NCBI GenBank assembly: GCA_964351815.1
Contig: CAYGPH010000003.1
Location: 1 to 54,252, forward strand
From: an uncultured Verrucomicrobiales bacterium
GTDB taxonomy: Bacteria; Pseudomonadota; Alphaproteobacteria; Paracaedibacterales; CAITNM01
Length of the DNA stretch: 54,252 nucleotides
Reading direction: 5' to 3'
In this document: positions 31,908 through 39,745 of the stretch, piece after piece
Layout of the letters: each line of letters opens with the position of its first letter
Numbering within the stretch: the stretch's first letter is position 1
Position numbers and translations under genes: made by a program
The notes under the pieces: model-generated
Seen by the model: the letters and a program-made list of their open reading frames with translations, nothing else
Database searches by the model: none
Told to the model about the DNA's origin: nothing

Positions 31908-31981
31908 GGCCGGGTGGCAGAGTGGTGATGCAGAGGACTGCAAATCCTTGTACGCTGGTTCGATTCCGGTCCCGGCCTCCA
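31908..31981 (+). tRNA. tRNA-Cys (GCA)
   Basis: 74 nt. Acceptor GGCCGGG/CCCGGCC, anticodon loop CUGCAAA, T-arm GGTTCGATTCC, encoded CCA. Confidence 0.93.
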
Positions 31982-31991
31982 TTTTCTAACT

Positions 31992-33446
31992 TTATTTTAC
32001 AATTATTTGTAGATTACTGTTTCTTGGTATGTGTGATTGAATCAACGCCTGGTTGTTTTCATTTACTACTATTTCTTCAAGCCTTACGCATACATCTATA
32101 AAGAATTTCCCAATACTTTTTAAGCTTACAAGCCCAGAAAAGTCAGCATGGGTTAGGTTTTCGCAATGAAACATAAAGTAATTCCCAATAGTTTTTAAGC
32201 GAATAAGCCCAGAAAAGTCAGCGTGGGTAAGGCTTTTGCAGTGGCTCATAAAGTCATTCCCAACCCTTACTAAGTTTTGAAGCCCAGAAAAGTCAGCGTG
32301 GGTTAGCCTTAAGCAGTTACTCATAAAGTCATTCCCAATAGTTACTAAGTTTTGAAGCCCAGATAGGTCAGCATGGGTAAGCCTAAAGCAGTTCCACATA
32401 AAGCGATCATCAATAGTTTGTAAGCTAAAAAGCCCAGAAAAGTCAACATAGGTAAGGCTTTTGCAGCGAAACATAAAGTAACCCCCAATAGTTTTTAAAT
32501 GCTGCTGACTATCTGTTATACTAATACTTTTACAGTTTATGTTATCTATTGCTGCAGCTATACCCCAAGTTCCATACAAACAACTACCATCAGCTAACCT
32601 ACCATTATCATCTACCCTATCAATATCAACCACCAGGGTTGTCTCTTGATGGATAGCAAAAAAAGCTGTCATAGCTTCTAACTGATGATGAATATCACTT
32701 TCCTTAATCACCTTAAAGGTTGACACCCTATCAGTGTTGTGAACCCAGCTATAGCTTTCTGTGATACAAGCAATAAGTTTGCTTAAAGTACCCTCATCTA
32801 TATGACTTTGCAGAACTTGTTGTTGGGGAGTTAAAGATTTAGCTGTATGCGTATAGATATTATAGGCAGCATACTGGTGGTGTAAAGCAATACGGATAAG
32901 ATCTTTATCAGCAACAGCTTCAGCTTCGGTAGCTGTTAATAAACCTTCTGTTTCCATGGCTTCTAAAATAACATCTGCCAAGTTATGTTTTACGTAATCA
33001 CCTGTAATTAAATCCTGATACTGGCCATGGGCTATAAAGATGTCAGGGGAAGTTTCTTGTAAAACCTTAATAGCTAAAGATTTAAGGTCGCTGCTTTTGA
33101 AAACCCAAGGCGAAGTTGCATCATCTTTTGCTTTCTGGGCTGCGTCAATTGGTTGTAGGCAAGGCAACTGAATAATCAACCCATTATTAATATCTTTAGT
33201 ACTTAAGGGTTGTTTTAAATAAGCTATTTGTTTAACCATCATATTATGCTTATATTCTTCTACAACTCTTTTCAATAAATTTGATGAACTTGCAAGGCTG
33301 TCTAGGGCATCACGATCAAGATGCCTTAATATATTTTGCCAAACTTCCTGTGGCATCTCTGCTAAAACCGGTGTGGGTGAACTACTAGAGGCTGCGCTCA
33401 TAGAAAAGCAGCCCATGACACTAAGAACAATTAATAAATTGTACAT
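31992..33446 (-). CDS. F-box + 23-residue (BspA/TpLRR-type) leucine-rich-repeat protein, paralog 1
   Basis: 484 aa with a signal-like N-terminus. F-box-like MPQEVWQNILRHLDRDALDSL. About 6.5 C-terminal repeats of type FSGLxxLxxIGxxFMxxCxxLTHAD. Confidence 0.75.
   Translation of the reverse strand: MYNLLIVLSVMGCFSMSAASSSSPTPVLAEMPQEVWQNILRHLDRDALDSLASSSNLLKRVVEEYKHNMMVKQIAYLKQPLSTKDINNGLIIQLPCLQPIDAAQKAKDDATSPWVFKSSDLKSLAIKVLQETSPDIFIAHGQYQDLITGDYVKHNLADVILEAMETEGLLTATEAEAVADKDLIRIALHHQYAAYNIYTHTAKSLTPQQQVLQSHIDEGTLSKLIACITESYSWVHNTDRVSTFKVIKESDIHHQLEAMTAFFAIHQETTLVVDIDRVDDNGRLADGSCLYGTWGIAAAIDNINCKSISITDSQQHLKTIGGYFMFRCKSLTYVDFSGLFSLQTIDDRFMWNCFRLTHADLSGLQNLVTIGNDFMSNCLRLTHADFSGLQNLVRVGNDFMSHCKSLTHADFSGLIRLKTIGNYFMFHCENLTHADFSGLVSLKSIGKFFIDVCVRLEEIVVNENNQALIQSHIPRNSNLQIIVK
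32060..32530 (-). repeat. In-frame 69-bp tandem repeats encoding the LRR array of paralog 1
   Basis: The string aagcccagaaaagtcagc(a/g)tgggt recurs at 69-bp spacing. The units at about 32264-32332 and 32333-32401 are nearly identical. Confidence 0.85.
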
Positions 33447-33521
33447 AATAATACCAACAGTTTAAAACATTATTGCATACATAGTATTGGTTTAAGAAAA
33501 TATCAAGGTAAATTCTTAACT

Positions 33522-35213
33522 TTATTTTACAATTATTCGTGTATTACTGTATGCTGGCACGCTTGATTGAATCAATACCAGGTTGTTTTGATTTGCTATT
33601 ATTTCTTCAAGGCGTAAGCAGCGTTCCATAAACGGATCATCAATAGTTTCTAAGCTCTCAAGCCCAGAAAAGTCAGCATGGGTAAGGCTTTTGCATCCAT
33701 ACAAAAAACCCAGACCTAACTTTTGTAGTTTTAAAAAATCTAAAAAATTTATTTTATTTAGGTTTTTACATTGCACCAAAAAAAATTCCCCAATACTTAC
33801 TAACGCCAAAAGCTTTGAGATATTTATACGTGTTAAGCTTTCGCAATCTTGCATAAAGTAATTCCCAATAGTTTCTAAGCTCTCAAGCCCAGAGAAGTCA
33901 ACATTTTCTATTTTATTGCAATTATAAAGAAACCTATCACCAATATTTTCAAGTTTTGGCAGTTTAAAAAAGTTAACACCGGTTAAACTTTCACAACAGG
34001 ATAAAAAGTTATTTCCAATACTTTTAAGGGCTAAAAAACCAGAAAAATCGATGTTATGTAGGTTTTCACAAGAAGATAAAAAGTTATGACCAATTCTTTG
34101 TAAACCAGTCATACGTAAGAGATTTATATGGGTTAATTTTCTACATGTAGACATAAAATCACAACCGATAGTTAGTAGGGTTTCAAAACTAACAAAATTG
34201 ATACTTTTTATTTTTCTAAAACAATATAAAAAGCCTCTTTCAATACTTTTAAGGTGAAGTCTACTATTACTTATAACAAGATGTTCAAGGGCTGTTTTAT
34301 CAAAAAGATCTCCATATAAACAACTATCAGTTGGCAACAAACCACTAGCGTCTACTCGGTCAATATCAAGTATCAGAATAGCTTGGTGTTCAGCAAAGTA
34401 AGCACGCAAAGTTTCCAATTGATGATGTATATCACTTTCCCTTGCAACCTTAAAAGGGGTTAAAGTATCCGTATTGTGGGCCCAGCTATAGTTTTTTTGA
34501 ATGTAACTCATAACTTTACATAAACTTTCCCTTATACCTTTATTATTCTTTTTAAAGGTATCCTTAAGAAGCTGAGTAGTGTTTGGAATATCTTTATTCG
34601 TATACATTGTGTAATCAGCATACTTGTGGTGAAGCGCGATACGGATAAGATCTTTGTTAACGGCAGCACCTTCTTCTTCATATGCTTCACCTTGGAAAAG
34701 ACCCGCAGTTTCCATGGCTTCTAAAATAATATCTGCCAAGTTATGCGTTTCAAATCCTTTGTTTTGAAAACTGTGATAAAAAATACTGTGATAATAAATA
34801 TCGTTGGCTAAAAAAAAATTAGGGTTATCCTTTAGCAAATATTTGACTGCAGAATCCCGCAGATCTTGAGGCGCAAATGCTTCAAGCTTTGTCTGGTTTG
34901 TAGGTGAAAGGGCTATCTCTTTATAGGGCATTAAACATGGAAATCCAAATGTTCCTAATTCTCCATGCAAGCTTGTAGTTTTTATGGGTTGTACAAGATG
35001 CTTAATGATTTTATGTTTAAAAACTTCTTTGTACCTAGTTGTTTTCCTATGTAAGGATTTCGATAGTAGTGTTAAAGTTGCTAAATCTTTTCTTTGCAGG
35101 TATGAAAATATCTTTAAGGTTACCTCTTCAGGTAGTGTATTAAGGGGTTCTATTAAGCTTTGTGCTGCATTTAGGGATAAGCTAAACAGTATTGCTAATG
35201 AAAAATATTTCAT
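33522..35213 (-). CDS. F-box + 23-residue leucine-rich-repeat protein, paralog 2
   Basis: 563 aa with a signal-like N-terminus. Strong F-box match LPEEVTLKIFSYLQRKDLATLTLLSKSL. About 10 LRR units. It shares a central domain and the C-terminal IVK* with paralog 1. Confidence 0.78.
   Translation of the reverse strand: MKYFSLAILFSLSLNAAQSLIEPLNTLPEEVTLKIFSYLQRKDLATLTLLSKSLHRKTTRYKEVFKHKIIKHLVQPIKTTSLHGELGTFGFPCLMPYKEIALSPTNQTKLEAFAPQDLRDSAVKYLLKDNPNFFLANDIYYHSIFYHSFQNKGFETHNLADIILEAMETAGLFQGEAYEEEGAAVNKDLIRIALHHKYADYTMYTNKDIPNTTQLLKDTFKKNNKGIRESLCKVMSYIQKNYSWAHNTDTLTPFKVARESDIHHQLETLRAYFAEHQAILILDIDRVDASGLLPTDSCLYGDLFDKTALEHLVISNSRLHLKSIERGFLYCFRKIKSINFVSFETLLTIGCDFMSTCRKLTHINLLRMTGLQRIGHNFLSSCENLHNIDFSGFLALKSIGNNFLSCCESLTGVNFFKLPKLENIGDRFLYNCNKIENVDFSGLESLETIGNYFMQDCESLTRINISKLLALVSIGEFFLVQCKNLNKINFLDFLKLQKLGLGFLYGCKSLTHADFSGLESLETIDDPFMERCLRLEEIIANQNNLVLIQSSVPAYSNTRIIVK
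33590..34290 (-). repeat. In-frame 69-bp tandem repeats encoding the LRR array of paralog 2
   Basis: 23-aa periodicity (xLxxIGxxFLxxCxxLxxxxFxx). The repeats are more diverged from each other than in paralog 1. Confidence 0.8.
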
Positions 35214-35345
35214 ACTTGCTCTGTACAGGCAATAATCATTTTATAGTTTAAGCAATAAAAGTAATGGCTAACAATGAAATTATGAATGATTTTAGTATAA
35301 TCTTTTCAAGATAATTAAGAAACTCGATCATAGGGCAGGAATATA

Positions 35346-36158
35346 TTATTTTGTGAATATGGTCCTTGGCCTTATTCCTTCTTGTATAAGTTTTTTTTGG
35401 AGTTTTCTTAGGGCCTTAGATTCTATTTGTCTTACCCGTTCTTTTGTTATATTTAAATCTTTACCTATAGCTTCTAAAGTTTCGGAATCTGATGAGAGTC
35501 TTCGGCGTTTTAAAATTTTCCATTCCTTTTCATCTAAACATGTTATTGCCCGTTTTAAACCATCGCTACATTTCTGGTAGATTTCATGTTGCAATGCACT
35601 TTCTTCAACATTAGAATCCTGATCAACAAGTGTATCCATCCAGCTAATATTATCGCCACCAGAAATTTGTTCATCGAGATAGCGATCCTTAGATTGAAGA
35701 CGCATAAAAATACTTTTAACTTCTTCAATACTTGTTTCTACGTGCTCTGCTATCATGTAAGCGGTTTTGTCGTCTAAAAAATCTGTGTCCAGTTCCGATA
35801 CCAGGCGCTTAATGTGCTGCATTTGAAAGAAAAGTTTTTTTTGTTTGTTGCTACTACCAAGGCGAACCATAGACCAGTTTCGCATAACAAACTCCTGGCA
35901 GCAGGCGTTAATCCACCATTTTGCATAGCTTGAAAAACGAATTTCACGTTTTAAATCGAAACGTTTAAGTGCAATAACGACCCCCATTAGGGCTTCTTGA
36001 ATTAAATCTTCTTGCGAAACACCATAATGGCTATATTTTCGAATAATTTTAAAAACAAGAGGCCTGAAAGAGTTTAGTATTTTTTCAGCAGATTTATGAT
36101 GATCACTTTCTTGCCAGGCATGTATCAGATCAGATTCTTCTTTTTCTGTTAAAAACAC
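35346..36158 (-). CDS. rpoH: RNA polymerase sigma-32 (heat-shock sigma factor)
   Basis: 270 aa. Sigma-70 regions 2-4 and an RpoH-box-like NKQKKLFFQMQH. Confidence 0.9.
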   Translation of the reverse strand: MFLTEKEESDLIHAWQESDHHKSAEKILNSFRPLVFKIIRKYSHYGVSQEDLIQEALMGVVIALKRFDLKREIRFSSYAKWWINACCQEFVMRNWSMVRLGSSNKQKKLFFQMQHIKRLVSELDTDFLDDKTAYMIAEHVETSIEEVKSIFMRLQSKDRYLDEQISGGDNISWMDTLVDQDSNVEESALQHEIYQKCSDGLKRAITCLDEKEWKILKRRRLSSDSETLEAIGKDLNITKERVRQIESKALRKLQKKLIQEGIRPRTIFTK

Positions 36159-36287
36159 AAAAACTACCTTTCTGTCTTGTTAGTATCTTTGAAGGATAAC
36201 AAAATATGTGTTTATAGGGCGTTAACGATTCATAAAGTTTTTCCATATATTTTAAAGGAAGTAGTTTTTGAAATTTGCTAGGGTATT

Positions 36288-36524
36288 ATGCGTTTATTGA
36301 TTCTTTTTTTCATGCTGGCCATTAATATTAGTGCGGCGCCATCTTTACTTCCTTACCAAGAACAGGCTGTTGTGGCAGTTATAATGGGTAACCCGGAAGG
36401 TTTAAGTGAAGGGGGTGTAAGTTCTCAAGATCAGTATGTAGATCTTACACAAACAGCTGCAGCCAATAGTAAAATATTAGGTCTTGAACAAGAATACAGG
36501 TCTGAAGTGCCGGCTGCCCAATAA
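36288..36524 (+). CDS. Small hypothetical secreted protein
   Basis: 78-aa ORF with the signal-like N-terminus MRLLILFFMLAINISAAPS. No family recognised. Confidence 0.4.
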   Translation: MRLLILFFMLAINISAAPSLLPYQEQAVVAVIMGNPEGLSEGGVSSQDQYVDLTQTAAANSKILGLEQEYRSEVPAAQ

Positions 36525-36564
36525 TCATACGGCAAGAACTATTGAATCTGCCATTTGTTAGCTT

Positions 36565-37755
36565 TTAACTATAGGTTCTTTCACTTTTGAATCCATCTTT
36601 GTTTTTGAAAGGATTAAGCGGTGAAAGCAAATACCCAAAACACGTTAAAAAGCCGCAAAGTGTCATAAAAATACCCAAGTGGAAAAAGTGACCGTTATAT
36701 AAAAAACTAATAACTTCTACGGATATGGCTGTGAATATTAAACGTAACGCCATCAGTAGCACAGAAATTCTACCTTCAAAGCCTTTAATTAGCCTTAGCA
36801 TCATTGGGTAAACAACTGCGTTTGGAAAGGCAAAAAAGGCACAGAAAATAGCGGTTAAACCAGCAATGATAAAAGGATTGTCGGTTATAAAAATGGCTAA
36901 AAATCCATTAAATATGGAAAAAATAAGCATACCTAACATGGAAAAATTTAAACATTTTTCAAGTTCGAAATACTTTAAAATTTTTGCAGACATAATATTT
37001 ACTATGGCAAACGGTGCAATAATGCTGCCCTGTAATAATCCATAAGTTTTAATATCTACCTCCATTCCTTGCATAAAAAGAATAGGTCCCATGGCTATGA
37101 ATGTCCAAAATGCAATAACAACGGGAAATAGAAATATGAAATATGTTTGCAGTAATTTATTTTTTAACAGTTCAACATAACATTTTAAGTTAATGTTTAT
37201 TGAATAATTGGGGGTTTGGTCTTTTGGAAAATACTTAAAGGAAAATAAAAAACTAAAAATAGCGAGCATAAACAAAAATGCAAAATTTCCTCGCCATCCA
37301 AAGCTTGAAGTAATAAAGCTTCCTAGAGTTGGTGCAAGGGCCAATGATGCGGTAATAATTCCATTTAAGGTAGACACCTTAATTGTTTGATCATCACCCG
37401 TATAAGTTTTGACAATTATTAAGTATGGAATACATGAAATCGCTGCAATACCGAAGCCTTGAACAAAACGACCGGCTAATAATAGTGAAAAAGTATCTGC
37501 AAAGGTACATAAAATGCTGCCAACCCCGTATATGGCAAGACTAAATAAGGTAATACACTTTTCACCGTAACGATCGGCAAGGGGGCCAACAAAAAGTAAG
37601 GTTGCACAAAAACTTATAAAGTTAATCGTTAGGGTATACTGAACTTCTGCGGGGGTAAGTTGAAAAATGTTCTGCAGTTCAGGGTAGCATGGAATATATA
37701 AATCAAGTTCTGCTACTGCTAAAAAAGATACAAGAATAACAGTAAAAAAAAGCAC
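36565..37755 (-). CDS. MFS transporter (Bcr/CflA-like drug efflux type)
   Basis: 396 aa, about 12 TM segments. Motif A-like GPLADRYGEK. Confidence 0.85.
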   Translation of the reverse strand: MLFFTVILVSFLAVAELDLYIPCYPELQNIFQLTPAEVQYTLTINFISFCATLLFVGPLADRYGEKCITLFSLAIYGVGSILCTFADTFSLLLAGRFVQGFGIAAISCIPYLIIVKTYTGDDQTIKVSTLNGIITASLALAPTLGSFITSSFGWRGNFAFLFMLAIFSFLFSFKYFPKDQTPNYSININLKCYVELLKNKLLQTYFIFLFPVVIAFWTFIAMGPILFMQGMEVDIKTYGLLQGSIIAPFAIVNIMSAKILKYFELEKCLNFSMLGMLIFSIFNGFLAIFITDNPFIIAGLTAIFCAFFAFPNAVVYPMMLRLIKGFEGRISVLLMALRLIFTAISVEVISFLYNGHFFHLGIFMTLCGFLTCFGYLLSPLNPFKNKDGFKSERTYS

Positions 37756-37927
37756 TTAGAAAAATATTTTTGCAATCTATGAAAATTATAATATGTACAT
37801 ATGGTTAGCACAATTTTTTTCACAAAGTTGTATGTTAACTTATTTGCATCAATTTAATAAAAGCACTGCCTAGAAGTTTTTATTTTTGCTATTCTTGCCA
37901 CTAATAGCCTAATAAAAAAATATAGAA

Positions 37928-39226
37928 GTGATTTTGATGCGTACTTTTTTTTGTTTACTAAGTGTATTTACTTTTTCCTTGTACCCTTTAAAAATTGAGA
38001 TAACCCAAGGGGCTGTGCAACCTGATCCAATTGCCGTAGTTGATTTTGCAGGTGGCGAAGAAGGTCAGCTAATTACTGATATTATTAAAAATGATTTAAC
38101 GGCTTCTGGCCTATTTTTACCCCTTGATAAAAAAGCGTTTTTAAAAACATCGCTGCAACTTTTGTCTGGTAAACCCAATATGAATAACTGGCGCCCCATG
38201 AAAGCCCGCTTTCTTGCTTTTGGTCAGGTAAAAAACAACAGTGGTAACTTAGAAATTTTATACCATCTTTACGATGTAAAGACTGGCGCCTTAATGCAAA
38301 CGAAAAGCTTTTCTGGAACAAAAAAGACACTTCGTCGGATTGCGCACCTAGTTGCCGATAGTATTTATAGCCGTGTTACTGGGGAAGATGGTTTTTTTGA
38401 TACAAAAATTATCTATGTCGAAAACGTAAGCAATAAGCTTAACCACCCGAAAAAACGTATGATGATTATGGATTGGGATGGTCACAATAACTTACCGTTA
38501 ACCGATGATAAGTACCTTGTTTTAACCCCTCATATATCGCCCAACGGCCAAGAAATTGCCTACCTTGCATACAGAAACAAGGAAGCAAGGGTATGGATTT
38601 TTGACTTAAAAACCAGAAAATCAAGGGAATTAGGTAAATTTAATGGTATGACATTCGCACCAAACTACGCACCAGATAGTCGTTCGTTAACCCTAAGCTT
38701 TGAACGTGATGGAAAAAGCGCAATTTATTTAATGGATTTGGTCAATAAAAAACTTAAACAGCTTTCGACGCATCGTTCAATTGATACTTCTCCTTGTTTT
38801 TCACCCGATGGAAAAAGTATAGCTTTTATTTCAGATCGTGATGGGGTTCAGCCGCAACTTTTTATTATGGATGTAGATGGTACAAATGTCCGACGGATTA
38901 GTTTCGGCAATGGTAGGTACTTTCAACCTTCTTGGTCGCCACGGGGTGATTTAATTGCCTTTACTAAGCAGCGCGGCAAAAACTTTTACATAGGTGTGAT
39001 TTCACCCGATGGTAGTGGCGAACGTTTGATTTGTCAGGATTATTTAGTCGAAACGCCATCTTGGTCACCTAATGGCCGCTATGTCATTTTTAGCCGGCAA
39101 CGCTTTGGTGGCGATAAGATTCAAATTGAAATGATCGATTTAACAGGACGCCATAGCTACAAAATTCCCACGGCAAAAGGTGCCATTGATGGATCATGGT
39201 CACCTTTAATGTCGCGTGTAAAGTAA
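37928..39226 (+). CDS. tolB: Tol-Pal system beta-propeller protein TolB
   Basis: 432 aa. Signal peptide, N-terminal TolB domain and repeated propeller blades (SPxxSPDG / WSPxG). GTG 37928 or ATG 37937 start. Confidence 0.93.
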   Translation: MILMRTFFCLLSVFTFSLYPLKIEITQGAVQPDPIAVVDFAGGEEGQLITDIIKNDLTASGLFLPLDKKAFLKTSLQLLSGKPNMNNWRPMKARFLAFGQVKNNSGNLEILYHLYDVKTGALMQTKSFSGTKKTLRRIAHLVADSIYSRVTGEDGFFDTKIIYVENVSNKLNHPKKRMMIMDWDGHNNLPLTDDKYLVLTPHISPNGQEIAYLAYRNKEARVWIFDLKTRKSRELGKFNGMTFAPNYAPDSRSLTLSFERDGKSAIYLMDLVNKKLKQLSTHRSIDTSPCFSPDGKSIAFISDRDGVQPQLFIMDVDGTNVRRISFGNGRYFQPSWSPRGDLIAFTKQRGKNFYIGVISPDGSGERLICQDYLVETPSWSPNGRYVIFSRQRFGGDKIQIEMIDLTGRHSYKIPTAKGAIDGSWSPLMSRVK

Positions 39227-39243
39227 TACAATGTGAAACAGTT

Positions 39244-39717
39244 CTAGTGTTTTACTTTTGAAAGGGATTGTAGGTAAATATTTAGGGTTTCAAGGTCTTC
39301 AACTTTGCTTTGGCTTAATTCTGATGATTTAATTGGTTTTAACTGAATAGCCTTATGGGATTCTTTCTTAATTTCAATTGGCGCCTTGGAAGATTCCTTG
39401 GAAAATTCATTGGAAAATTCATTGGACGATTCATCAGTTGAAGATTCCGTAGCTAGTGTTTCAGATAATGAATTTTCCATATTTGTTTGAAGACCAGGTA
39501 GTTTATTCAGCTCTTCCTTACTAAGGGTAGATAGCTGGTCAATCATTGTATGCGTGTCTTTATGCATGTTTTTGATAAGACTAATTTTTAAAAAATTTAG
39601 TGTTTTTAACATGTCATAGGCAATTTTTTGCGCCTCGTTAAGTTTTTTAAGATTTTGCTGATAACTTTTCATAACTTTTGTATAATTCCTAACATCAACG
39701 TTGTTGTTTTTGCTCAT
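39244..39717 (-). CDS. Hypothetical protein with a short Ser/Glu-rich repeat
   Basis: 157-aa ORF with no recognisable family. It contains the SSNEFSNEFSKESSK repeat. Confidence 0.5.
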   Translation of the reverse strand: MSKNNNVDVRNYTKVMKSYQQNLKKLNEAQKIAYDMLKTLNFLKISLIKNMHKDTHTMIDQLSTLSKEELNKLPGLQTNMENSLSETLATESSTDESSNEFSNEFSKESSKAPIEIKKESHKAIQLKPIKSSELSQSKVEDLETLNIYLQSLSKVKH

Positions 39718-39745
39718 TATATTTCAAAAAATAATTGTTTAAACC

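Noticed and set aside
31865-32101. 78-aa plus-strand ORF spanning tRNA-Cys and the 3' end of the F-box/LRR gene
   Set aside because: It reads straight through a canonical tRNA cloverleaf and into the opposite-strand coding region, so it is spurious.
32060-34290. Regularly spaced 69-bp repeats considered as a possible CRISPR-like array
   Set aside because: The period is a multiple of 3. The repeats are in frame within long ORFs and encode 23-residue LRR units. There is no repeat/unique-spacer alternation and no cas genes.
34811-34821. Homopolymer tracts inside ORFan genes considered as phase-variation switches (A9 at ~34811 in F-box paralog 2, T8 at ~19011 in the OTU-like gene, A8 runs in the paralog family and tolC)
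   Set aside because: Runs of this length also occur in housekeeping genes and intergenic DNA of this AT-rich window. Nothing singles these out without population data.
31982-35345. Classical integrase-mediated genomic island at tRNA-Cys
   Set aside because: I found no integrase gene and no direct repeat of the tRNA 3' end at the far boundary (35214-35345). Only tRNA adjacency itself is supported.
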